DNA from: Candidatus Nomurabacteria bacterium
GTDB taxonomy: Bacteria > Patescibacteriota > Minisyncoccia > Phycocordibacterales > UBA5272
Reading direction: 5' to 3'
NCBI GenBank assembly: GCA_028286645.1
Contig: JAQBRF010000003.1
Location: 12,323 to 76,322 of the forward strand
Length of the DNA stretch: 64,000 bases
The notes under the pieces are model-generated. The model was not told the DNA's origin, did not search any database, and worked only from the letters and a program-made list of their open reading frames with translations. Positions 29,649 to 37,796 of the stretch are shown piece after piece. Positions within the stretch are counted from its first letter, which is position 1. Every line of letters starts with the position of its first letter. The position numbers and the translations under genes are program-made.

Positions 29649-30893
29649 ATGTTATTTAAAGATGCTTTTAAAACTGCGACCCGCGCGCTTACCCATAGCA
29701 AAACACGCACAGCTCTAACAATGCTTGGGATTATAATTGGTATTGCTTCGGTTATTATTCTTATGGCTATAGGGCAATCAGTGCAGAAAATGATTCTCGG
29801 TCAAGTAGAAAGCATTGGTTCAAATCTTATTATTATTTCTCCAGGAGCCCCAAGCGGAGGAGGCTTTTCTCCTCCAGCATCCGCGCGAGGAATTGTCATT
29901 ACTTCATTACAGCAAAAAGATATTGATGCACTTCAACGTGAACCCTCGATAAAAGGCGTTGCAGCACAAGTAGCTGGTCAGGCAGAAGCGGTATATGGGG
30001 GTAAAAATAAAACAGTAAGCTATCAAGGAGTTACCAAGGAATTTTTCTCCGTGAGAAATATGAAGCTAAGCAAAGGCCGTATTTTATCTATTTCTGATAT
30101 TGATTCAGCAAGTCGCGTAGCAGTTATCGGACCGGAGCTCGCCACTGCGTTATTTGGCACAAATATAGATCCTATAAATAAAAATATACGTCTTAAAAAT
30201 ATCACTTTACGCGTGATCGGAGTTTTAGATTCAAGCGGAGGAGGAATTGGAGGAGACCAAGGAAATGTCGTAATAATCCCGATTTCTATCGCTCAGAAGG
30301 AATTGCTTGGTGTATCATACTTTAATGTCATCATGGCACAGGCAGATCCATCCTATGAAGTTTCTTTTGTTAAGGCAAGGATTACTTCCGTAATACGCCA
30401 GACTCACGGCATAACTGATCCGACTAAAGATGACTTTAGTATTCAAACGCAACAAGATGTTCTTTCTTTATTAGGAAGCATCACTTCTATTCTTACCCTC
30501 TTCCTCGCGGCCATAGCATCTATTTCTCTCATTGTAGGAGGAATCGGAATAATGAATATTATGCTTGTTGCCGTAACCGAACGCACTCGTGAGATCGGAT
30601 TACGAAAAGCCGTAGGCGCAACTGATAAGGATATTCTTCAACAATTTCTTATTGAGTCAATTTTAATTACCATGATAGGAGGCTTGATAGGCATAGCTCT
30701 CGGCGGAGCAATCGTAGGACTAATTTATATAGTAGCAACAACTTTCTTTTCAGTAGGCTGGGTATTTGCATTCCCAATATCAGCAGTTCTTCTTGGCGTG
30801 GGAGTATCCACATTCTCCGGACTAGTGTTTGGTATTTATCCTGCGCGCCAAGCAGGAAGAAAAAATCCGATTGATGCGTTGAGGTATGAGTAA
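29649..30893 (+). CDS. ABC transporter permease, MacB-type (FtsX domain)
   Basis: An N-terminal TM helix, a large periplasmic domain, then a C-terminal FtsX-like 3-TM bundle. Confidence 0.85.
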   Translation: MLFKDAFKTATRALTHSKTRTALTMLGIIIGIASVIILMAIGQSVQKMILGQVESIGSNLIIISPGAPSGGGFSPPASARGIVITSLQQKDIDALQREPSIKGVAAQVAGQAEAVYGGKNKTVSYQGVTKEFFSVRNMKLSKGRILSISDIDSASRVAVIGPELATALFGTNIDPINKNIRLKNITLRVIGVLDSSGGGIGGDQGNVVIIPISIAQKELLGVSYFNVIMAQADPSYEVSFVKARITSVIRQTHGITDPTKDDFSIQTQQDVLSLLGSITSILTLFLAAIASISLIVGGIGIMNIMLVAVTERTREIGLRKAVGATDKDILQQFLIESILITMIGGLIGIALGGAIVGLIYIVATTFFSVGWVFAFPISAVLLGVGVSTFSGLVFGIYPARQAGRKNPIDALRYE

Positions 30894-31010
30894 TAATGGT
30901 CGGCAACTATAAATAATAGTCCTTAGTATTTCCGATATCGCGGTATTTAATTTTGCAATCTTATAAAAGCAAAACCACTTTTAACAAGTGAGCTTAAAAA
31001 GGATTTAATC

Positions 31011-31097
31011 TCTGTTTAAAAAAGCTAATAAAATCAATTATACAAGGCTAGTTTCAGACTACCTTTATGTATTAGAACTAAATATCCTGTATCAAGA
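31011..31097. repeat. ~86-nt intergenic repeat, copy A
   Basis: ~75% identical to 32211-32296 in direct orientation. Shared blocks are tctgYttaaaa..gctaataaa and cctttatgtattagaacWaata. Confidence 0.55.
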
Positions 31098-31137
31098 TTA
31101 AAAGTCATTCTTGTTGGATAATTCAAAGATTTTACAG

Positions 31138-32100
31138 CTAGTCTAATCTGCCATATAGAGGGTTAAAATAGCCATATTCTAATTTTTTATCGTCACGCTT
31201 TATCCTCTTATCAGTAATTATTTGACTGAATACATCTTCTAACCCTTTTACTTCTATCTTTTTTAAATCTACTGTCCACTTAGAAAATAGTGGGTAATTT
31301 CTAAGAACATCCGAACCTTTAATTTTCTTTATTTTACTTATCAGTTCATCTAAGACAGGATCATCTTTTACTAATTCCGTGAAATCTTTGTAATCTCCAT
31401 TTAACATTGATCGTGTTAATGCTTTAAATACAACATCTTCCGGAACACCAGTCCTGAAGGATATACTTTTTACAAGTAACTCAACTAATGCTTTACCAGT
31501 GCTATAAATGTCTCTATTTAATAGAGGAATGATTTCACTTGTGCTATATATTTCTGCCCCAATTTCAGTAATTTCAATTTTGTCGCCTTTTCTACGGAAG
31601 TATTCATATGCAATCGCTTCGGCAATGAGTTCGGTTAGACCTTCGTTAAGGGATTCATTTTCAGTTATCCTATAGGGAATGCCTAAAAATCCCACTTTTA
31701 CTTCTTTTTCATTCAAGCCGACTCTAAATTTATTTTCATTCTCAACTTCGCGATCTGAAATTGCATGTGTGAGCTCGTGTGCTAAATAAAAAATAAAATC
31801 CTCTATTTCTTTAGATAGATTCCCGTTTGAAAAAATAACTTTATCTTCAATAGGATCATATGCTCCTTTAACCCTGTAAACATTATTGAGAAAATTAATA
31901 GTTTGATTATGTTCTTCTTGAATAGTTTTGCGGCTTATTTTTTCTGCTCGCTCTTTACCAACTCCAGCTTTTTCTAATACTTCAGAACAAATACTTTTGA
32001 GTAATTTAAAATCTACTAGTTCTAACTTTTGCTCAAGCTGTGAAGATTCTTCTCCCTTCTTCTTACTTTCTTGAGGAAAAGACATTCCTGGATTAAACAT
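31138..32100 (-). CDS. Putative zinc metalloprotease (HExxH; DUF4157-like AHELTH motif)
   Basis: FIFYLAHELTHAISD matches the HELxH core typical of DUF4157 metallopeptidase-like domains. A downstream NEGLTE may supply the third ligand. Confidence 0.5.
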   Translation of the reverse strand: MFNPGMSFPQESKKKGEESSQLEQKLELVDFKLLKSICSEVLEKAGVGKERAEKISRKTIQEEHNQTINFLNNVYRVKGAYDPIEDKVIFSNGNLSKEIEDFIFYLAHELTHAISDREVENENKFRVGLNEKEVKVGFLGIPYRITENESLNEGLTELIAEAIAYEYFRRKGDKIEITEIGAEIYSTSEIIPLLNRDIYSTGKALVELLVKSISFRTGVPEDVVFKALTRSMLNGDYKDFTELVKDDPVLDELISKIKKIKGSDVLRNYPLFSKWTVDLKKIEVKGLEDVFSQIITDKRIKRDDKKLEYGYFNPLYGRLD

Positions 32101-32210
32101 ACTTGAATCATATCACATAAGAATCTTAATTTGTGACCCAAGTAGGAGAGAATTGGAACTCTCTAATTATAGAGCTTTTGGAGTGGCAGAAGTTGGGAAA
32201 AGAACTAGTT

Positions 32211-32296
32211 TCTGCTTAAAAGGCTAATAAATTTAAGTAGCTTAACTCAATTAAAGACTCCCTTTATGTATTAGAACAAATAACATGTCACAATAA
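32211..32296. repeat. ~86-nt intergenic repeat, copy B (immediately upstream of the -10 and ATG at 32315)
   Basis: See copy A. It is followed by TATATAAT and the ATG at 32315. Confidence 0.55.
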
Positions 32297-32314
32297 AAAG
32301 TATATAATCACCCT

Positions 32315-33262
32315 ATGACAATGATATTTGGAGTAAACCTATGTGACCGCATTTATTTATCTGGAGACACGAGGCTTACAAATAAAGATGAACAGGGAAA
32401 TATAAAAGAAACTAAAGACTGCATCATGAAAGTGGTAATTTTATCGCACGATCTTGCTGTTGCCGCTGCAGGAAGCGCTAAAATGGCATCTTATCTTATA
32501 AGGAAAATGGAGAAGAGCGATTTGATAAACTTCAATATTAGGGAAACAAGAGAAAATATACAAAGCATATTAGCTCCTATAGTAGAAAAATATTGGATAG
32601 ATAATAAAAGTCAGGAGGAGGTCTGTTTTATTTTCGGAGGTATTAACAAAAGCAAAAAAAAGGAATTTGAAGTTCAGCAAGTAAAAAATGAGCTTGATAA
32701 GTTTTTAAAACATCAAGAGTCCAAGGGTACATCTCTTAGTGTTAGACCCGCTCTAAGTAATATTTTATTTCAGAAAGAGTTTGATGAACCATATGACTCT
32801 ATGGTTTTTTCCATAAAAATAGCTCCACCTCTTACTTTTGAGGTTAATGACACTAAATGGGGAGAATACTTAGCATTTGGCTCAAATGGAATTACAAAAG
32901 AAAATATACCAGATTACACTCTTGGGAAACTAGAGTTTGAAGTTAAACCTCGCGGAGAAGATGAGTTATCTCATGATAATATGATTATTACAGCCTTGGT
33001 TTATTCAGTTGCTAAAGAAAGAAAGGAGCCCACTATCGGAAAAGCTGTTACTACAGTTATTCTCAACGGAAATATAAGCGCCTTAATAGGGGGTGGTGTA
33101 TTTCTAGCAAATGTTCATGAAAAACCACTAACTGCTGAGCATGTTTCTGAAATTGTTGTTATAGGAGGCACTGTTTATAGAAGAGATGATAAAGGAACAC
33201 ACCATAAATTAACTAGTTTAAAAGACTTTAAGGAATTCGGTAAGCTTTATATGGCAATTTAA
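32315..33262 (+). CDS. Proteasome beta/HslV-like Ntn-hydrolase domain protein with a C-terminal extension (putative)
   Basis: The N-terminus M-T-MIFGV (Thr2 as candidate nucleophile), GDTRLT and K-VV...AVAAAGSA are arranged as in HslV/20S beta subunits (TTIVSV..GDGQ..K..AG.AAD). An extra ~130-aa C-terminal domain follows. Confidence 0.4.
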   Translation: MTMIFGVNLCDRIYLSGDTRLTNKDEQGNIKETKDCIMKVVILSHDLAVAAAGSAKMASYLIRKMEKSDLINFNIRETRENIQSILAPIVEKYWIDNKSQEEVCFIFGGINKSKKKEFEVQQVKNELDKFLKHQESKGTSLSVRPALSNILFQKEFDEPYDSMVFSIKIAPPLTFEVNDTKWGEYLAFGSNGITKENIPDYTLGKLEFEVKPRGEDELSHDNMIITALVYSVAKERKEPTIGKAVTTVILNGNISALIGGGVFLANVHEKPLTAEHVSEIVVIGGTVYRRDDKGTHHKLTSLKDFKEFGKLYMAI

Positions 33263-33277
33263 GTAGAGTAAATAAAT

Positions 33278-33586
33278 ATGACTATTAAGCAACAAATAGC
33301 AATCAATAAAGTAGTGGAAAACGGTGGTAACATAAGCAGAGCAATGCGAGATTCTGGTTACTCAGAAGCTACAATAAATAATCCATATAATTTAACTAGA
33401 AGCAAAGCCTTTCAAGATTTATGTGAAGAGATAGGGTTAACAGACGAATTGCTTGTCCTCTCTCTTGTCGATGATATAAAAAATAAGAAATGGAAGCCTT
33501 TTGATTTTAAAGTTATAAATGCAGTACGGCTTCCGAATATAAGACCCGTTAAAAAAAGATTAGATAATAAGAAGAAACGGTCATGA
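33278..33586 (+). CDS. Phage terminase small subunit-like HTH protein (putative)
   Basis: KQQIAINKVVENGGNISRAMRDSGYSEATINNPYNL follows the terminase-small (Terminase_2/P27-like) pattern LTxKQ..F..EY...N.T.A...AGYS. A basic C-terminal tail follows. Confidence 0.4.
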   Translation: MTIKQQIAINKVVENGGNISRAMRDSGYSEATINNPYNLTRSKAFQDLCEEIGLTDELLVLSLVDDIKNKKWKPFDFKVINAVRLPNIRPVKKRLDNKKKRS

Positions 33587-33633
33587 CCACACAAAAGAAG
33601 ATTGTGTGGTTTGTTTTAGCGCCCCATGTGGAT
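33486..33633. repeat. Inverted-repeat arm A (3' end of the terminase-like gene plus its terminator hairpin)
   Basis: The reverse complement of 35937-36068 matches at ~85-95% (gaaatggRagccttttgattttaRagttataaatgcagtacggcttccgaatataag...accacacaa..ttgtgtggt). Confidence 0.6.
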
Positions 33634-33636
33634 GTT

Positions 33637-33957
33637 TTACTGCAAGGAACCAACAAATACTACAAAATTTTCACCTTCCTTTTGTAAGTTTATACCTTTA
33701 AAAGGACTAAAGCCCATAATTGTGTGTATACCATTTAAGTTAGTGTGGCCACTTTTCTTTAGATAAGAAAATACTTCCTGAGCTAAATTTGTTAAATTAC
33801 TACTACCTCCCGATTGTAAAGAAACATGTACGGGATTATTTTTATTTCCTATAAAATCAGTAATTTTATTTTTATCTTCTTCAGAAAGATTTATTTTTGT
33901 TTCCCCGAAGACGTTTACATTATTATTACCATTTATATTGTTTTGATTGATATTCAT
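33637..33957 (-). CDS. Asn-rich small hypothetical protein
   Basis: The protein is 106 aa with an N-rich N-terminus (NINQNNINGNNNVN..GETKINL). It is a paralog of the next small ORF. Confidence 0.35.
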   Translation of the reverse strand: MNINQNNINGNNNVNVFGETKINLSEEDKNKITDFIGNKNNPVHVSLQSGGSSNLTNLAQEVFSYLKKSGHTNLNGIHTIMGFSPFKGINLQKEGENFVVFVGSLQ

Positions 33958-33960
33958 ACT

Positions 33961-34140
33961 TTACTTTGTTAAAAACTCATAAATATAGCTAGCAATTATT
34001 GAGATTATAATTCCTCCGATAAAACCTTCTCCCCGCACTTTCCAAACAAATTTATTATTTATTTTTGTTTCATTGCCCGAGTTTGAGAAATTAGCATTGT
34101 TTTCACCATTGGTATTATTTTGTTTTATATCTATAGGCAT
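33961..34140 (-). CDS. Asn-rich small protein with a C-terminal TM helix (59 aa; not in the ORF track)
   Basis: Manual translation gives MPIDIKQNNTNGENNANFSNSGNETKINNKFVWKVRGEGFIGGIIISIIASYIYEFLTK. The N-terminus parallels the 106-aa neighbour. Confidence 0.3.
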   Translation of the reverse strand: MPIDIKQNNTNGENNANFSNSGNETKINNKFVWKVRGEGFIGGIIISIIASYIYEFLTK

Positions 34141-34295
34141 GGGTTATGGGGGCTAATTGTTTAGAATGTTCCTCTTACTACACTAGATAGTGACTCCCTA
34201 TGGGACTGCGATTTTTAACAAGTTGAGTACAACTTAAAAAATCGGGAGCCTCCAGGTCACAGATTTAAAAAGCATTATTAAATTTTTTAAATCTG

Positions 34296-34367
34296 TGACC
34301 CCACGGAGAATCGAACTCCGCTTCCGAGCTTGAAAAGCTCGTGTCCTAACCGATAGACGATGGGGCC
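34296..34367 (-). tRNA. tRNA-Glu (anticodon UUC)
   Basis: The fold gives acceptor GGCCCCA/UGGGGUC, D-arm UAUCGGUUAGGA, anticodon stem CGAGC/GCUCG with loop UUUUCAA, and T-arm GGAGUUCGAUUCUCC. Confidence 0.8.
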
Positions 34368-34526
34368 AATAAACGAAATTATACCCTCATCGTCCTAAGT
34401 AATCTCACGTATGGGCGATGAGGCCAGCTGGTCGTATCCCAGTCATAATTGACTGGTCCAGTGGACGATATAATACCATGTTTATAACGTTTTTTCAATA
34501 GTTCTGATTGGTTATATACTATAGAA

Positions 34527-34964
34527 ATGGAAATATTTTTTACACCCTCGGTTATTTTATTAGCAACCATTGCAGGTTATATTCTTGGAGGTATTTGGTA
34601 CTCCCCTTTGCTCTTTTTCAGGTGGTCTTTAGAAGCAGAAGGACTGACGGTTGAAACAAATCCAAGGCGCGGGAGATCATATAAAACTAAAGTATTACTT
34701 TATACATTAATAATCACAGGCATTTTAGCCTCATCTCTTGCTCTAATTTTAGATATAGCAAATCCATCTTCTTTGAAGGACGCATTATATCTATCCCTTT
34801 TAATTTCTGTGGGGATAATCGGAGCGACGCGATTAATGGATCTTATGCATAGTGCCATTGGCACTTATAATAGTGGAAGGAATCAGAAGAAATTCCTCGT
34901 GTGGTCACTTTACTATATAGTAATGTTTGCGGTCATGACTATTGTCATGTATTATGTCCGCTAG
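34527..34964 (+). CDS. DUF1761-family small membrane protein
   Basis: GYILGGIWYSPLLF has the DUF1761 GxxWYxP motif, and there are four TM helices. It is a paralog of 61272-61736. Confidence 0.55.
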   Translation: MEIFFTPSVILLATIAGYILGGIWYSPLLFFRWSLEAEGLTVETNPRRGRSYKTKVLLYTLIITGILASSLALILDIANPSSLKDALYLSLLISVGIIGATRLMDLMHSAIGTYNSGRNQKKFLVWSLYYIVMFAVMTIVMYYVR

Positions 34965-35019
34965 ATAAAAGCATCATATGCAGGGGCGGTTAGCCCCTGT
35001 CATCCAAAGTTAGATCATT

Positions 35020-35274
35020 ATGTTCTATGTCTATATTTTAAAAAGTAAGAAAAATGGTAACATATACACGGGCTATAGTAATGATCTTAAGCGTAGATTG
35101 ATAGAACATAACTCAGGCCACAATGTTTCTACCAAGCCTTATATACCATATGAACTCATTTACTATGAGGCTTATAGATCAGAAGGTGACGCCAAGGAAA
35201 GGGAACAACATTTGAAAATAAATTATAGGACAGCTGTACAATTAAAAAATAGATTAAAAAGATCCTTGGCGTAA
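35020..35274 (+). CDS. GIY-YIG nuclease superfamily protein (YhbQ/UPF0213-like)
   Basis: YVYILKS..GNIYTGYSNDLKRRLIEHNSG....Y..YEAYRSEGDAKEREQHLK is a textbook GIY-YIG core (GIY...YTG...R...EH..G). Confidence 0.8.
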   Translation: MFYVYILKSKKNGNIYTGYSNDLKRRLIEHNSGHNVSTKPYIPYELIYYEAYRSEGDAKEREQHLKINYRTAVQLKNRLKRSLA

Positions 35275-35290
35275 TCTCACTTTGGATGCA

Positions 35291-35363
35291 GGGGCGGTTA
35301 GCTCAGTTGGTAGAGCGTCACATTGACGTTGTGAATGTCAGAGGTTCGACTCCTCTACCGCCC
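35291..35363 (+). tRNA. tRNA-Val (anticodon GAC)
   Basis: The fold gives acceptor GGGCGGU/ACCGCCC, D-arm GCUC-AGUUGGUA-GAGC, anticodon stem UCACA/UGUGA with loop UUGACGU, and T-arm AGAGG-UUCGACU-CCUCU. The discriminator is A. Confidence 0.85.
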
Positions 35364-35500
35364 ACAAAACACGAAGTGTTTTAGGTAAAAAAGCAAACTG
35401 CTTTGCTTTTGTGAGGAGTCGAATAGGGGTCGCGAGGTCTTCTGTTCTGAAGACATGAAGAACTGACCTTGTGACCGAATCTCCTCTACCGCCCACAAAT

Positions 35501-35668
35501 ATGGATCAAACAATAAAATTACAAATTAAATCGGGACTAACTTCATTTGACGGGATTATTTTACCTGACAATTTTATTGAGCAAGAAATAAAAAGAATGG
35601 GAATTAAACCTGAGGAAGTTTCTATGTTGTTTGTAAAGGAGATGCTAAGGCGTGTGCATCATTATTAA
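35501..35668 (+). CDS. Small hypothetical protein
   Basis: The ATG at 35501 sits right after a duplicated tRNA-Val 3'-end sequence. The protein is 56 aa with no family match. Confidence 0.3.
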   Translation: MDQTIKLQIKSGLTSFDGIILPDNFIEQEIKRMGIKPEEVSMLFVKEMLRRVHHY

Positions 35669-35688
35669 TCGCCCATTTTCATAAATTT

Positions 35689-35883
35689 TTGTTTGTCCAT
35701 AATGCAGATCTATGGACGCTAGGACGTCAAAATTTACCGCTACCCCAATTAGACGAAATAACAAAAAAAGTAGAAGAATATAACGAATGGAGAAGTGGCA
35801 GAAAATCAGAAAAACCTGAATGGTTTAACGAGCGAGATGATTGGCATAAAGGAAATGATAATGATGGGCCAAAAATGAAATAA
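35689..35883 (+). CDS. Small hypothetical protein
   Basis: The ORF is 64 aa and hydrophilic (W/E/K-rich). Confidence 0.3.
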   Translation: MFVHNADLWTLGRQNLPLPQLDEITKKVEEYNEWRSGRKSEKPEWFNERDDWHKGNDNDGPKMK

Positions 35884-35936
35884 CTAAAGTTTACATCTTC
35901 ATGCAGATATAAACTTTTCGTCTAAGCCCATAAAAA

Positions 35937-36068
35937 ACCACACAATCTCCTCTTTGTGTGGTCACAGCCATCTTTTTTTATCCTTTCCGTCTTTTTTATT
36001 TGGCCTTATATTCGGAAGCCGTACTGCATTTATAACTCTAAAATCAAAAGGCTCCCATTTCTTTTTTT
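35937..36068. repeat. Inverted-repeat arm B
   Basis: Reverse complement of arm A at 33486-33633. Includes the hairpin accacacaa/ttgtgtggt. Confidence 0.6.
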
Positions 36069-36243
36069 CAAGATCATTAAATCTCTCGCCTTCTCGAATC
36101 TTTTTTACCGCCTCCTTTTCTACTGCCGGCTTGTCTCTTCCCAAGACAGGAATTGTCAATTGAGAGATCTTTCGGCCTTGCCTACTTATAACATCGCCGG
36201 TTACAGCCCACATTGATTTTGGGGCCAGACAAACGTGTTTCAT
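35962..36243 (-). pseudogene. Chimeric ORF whose C-terminal 30 aa duplicate the C-terminus of the terminase-small-like protein (remnant created by the inverted duplication)
   Basis: KKWEPFDFRVINAVRLPNIRPNKK matches KKWKPFDFKVINAVRLPNIRPVKK at 33278-33586. The N-terminal part is unrelated. An AAGGA RBS is present. Confidence 0.4.
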
Positions 36244-36289
36244 AGCAAAGTGTCCTTATCTGGGGACCTTGCTGTAATAATACCATCTT

Positions 36290-36736
36290 TTACTCGTGGT
36301 GGTACTTCTCCCCTTTTATTATTGTGAATGCCCTATAAATCTGCTCAAGCAAGATAACCCGAACTAGCATATGCGGAAAAACCAGGTTTGACAGCTTCCA
36401 GACATAATTAGCCCGCTCTTCTACGTTTTTTGAAATCCCATACGCTCCCCCTATTATAAAAACAATTCTTCTCACCGAATCTACCATTCTATTTTCTATA
36501 AGCTCGGCAAGTGCTTCGCTTTTTATGTCTCTCCCCTTTTCATCGAGTAAAACTATATAATCTTCTTTCTTTATATGCGATAACATCTTTTCGCCTTCTT
36601 TTTCTTTCGTGCTTTCATGAGGAATATATAGCCATTCAAGCGGAGCATAGCGCAAAATCTTTAATGCGTAATGATTAAGCAAGTCTTCGGAAGTGGCATC
36701 TTTTTCTTTTCCAACGGTTAAAATAAGGATTTTCAT
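36290..36736 (-). CDS. rlmH: 23S rRNA (pseudouridine1915-N3)-methyltransferase RlmH
   Basis: SPOUT pattern MKILILTVGK...YIVLLDEKG...FIIGGAYGIS...FPHMLVRVILLEQIYRA. The start was taken at the internal Met. Confidence 0.85.
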   Translation of the reverse strand: MKILILTVGKEKDATSEDLLNHYALKILRYAPLEWLYIPHESTKEKEGEKMLSHIKKEDYIVLLDEKGRDIKSEALAELIENRMVDSVRRIVFIIGGAYGISKNVEERANYVWKLSNLVFPHMLVRVILLEQIYRAFTIIKGEKYHHE

Positions 36737-36785
36737 CAGAATGGTATAATATACACTACGATATATAAATAGTATAAGCAAACTT

Positions 36786-37793
36786 ATGGCACGACGCATC
36801 ACACTATCTTTTACATGGCATTTAGTTGTTATCGGAATGATTATCATTCTGATTATTTTAGCTGGGTTAGGATTCGGTGGATATAAATTATATAAAAAGA
36901 TTCAAAACACAGAGCTTACTCAAAAGCAAATACTGCAAACCCAGGAAGAAGAAAAGTTGGCCCAGGCACAGAAAAACCAAGAAATTATACAGGAGCAGCA
37001 AAATGCATTAAACCAGGCACAGACTGAATTAACCCAGACTAAATCAAATGCTGAGAAAACAAATTCGCAGCTAAAGACTATTTCTCAAACTCTTCAAGCG
37101 CAGCAATCTGCTCCGAAAGATATAATCATTTCTTCAAATGATCTTTCTCCTTACACCACAGGAGTAGTACAAGTAATATGTGTAATGGGCAACAACATCT
37201 CAAGCGGGTCCGGAACATTGTGGAACTTTAATGAAGTGCCGAACGCTGTTCTAACGAATTATCATGTTGTAAAGGGGGCGGATAAATGCGTTCTTTCTAT
37301 TACTAATAGCGCGAATGTAAATATAGGATTATTTAACTTAGATGCTTCTATATATTCATATAATAAAAGTATTGATGAAGCGGTACTGTCCATCACTTCT
37401 CCTATATCTGGAAATACTCCTATATCAAACTATAATTTCTCACTATCAAAAGTTAGAGAATGCAGTGCCGTCATGCCAGTAGGAACTCCGGTAGTTATAA
37501 TCGGATACCCTGCATATGCGAAAAGAGATACTACAATGGAGCTCGGCACCATAGGAACTGTAAATGTTATTTATAGAACAGTAACGAATGGAATTGTCTC
37601 CGGATACGATACATCAGCCGCCGGTGAAGCGAATTATTTCGTATCCGCTAAAATAGACGCGGGAAATTCTGGAGGTATGGCAATAGCCAAAGACCCAAAA
37701 GGATTATGTTTACTTGGACTTCCTACATGGCTCACAGTGGGAAACTACGAAACGCAGGGGCTTGTTCAAAATATTCACAATGTACTGCCATAG
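36786..37793 (+). CDS. Trypsin-like serine protease (S1 family, membrane-anchored, coiled-coil linker, no PDZ)
   Basis: A TM helix and a Q-rich coiled coil are followed by catalytic-triad contexts: His in TNYHVV, Asp in DEAVL, and Ser in DAGNSGG. Confidence 0.65.
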   Translation: MARRITLSFTWHLVVIGMIIILIILAGLGFGGYKLYKKIQNTELTQKQILQTQEEEKLAQAQKNQEIIQEQQNALNQAQTELTQTKSNAEKTNSQLKTISQTLQAQQSAPKDIIISSNDLSPYTTGVVQVICVMGNNISSGSGTLWNFNEVPNAVLTNYHVVKGADKCVLSITNSANVNIGLFNLDASIYSYNKSIDEAVLSITSPISGNTPISNYNFSLSKVRECSAVMPVGTPVVIIGYPAYAKRDTTMELGTIGTVNVIYRTVTNGIVSGYDTSAAGEANYFVSAKIDAGNSGGMAIAKDPKGLCLLGLPTWLTVGNYETQGLVQNIHNVLP

Positions 37794-37796
37794 CCA

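Noticed and set aside
34375-34470. Hairpin-rich segment next to tRNA-Glu that looked like a possible second tRNA
   Set aside because: No cloverleaf could be built. The stems are CCAGUCA/UGACUGG with a 4-nt loop and a CCTCATCG..CGATGAGG pair, with no 7-nt anticodon loop or T-arm.
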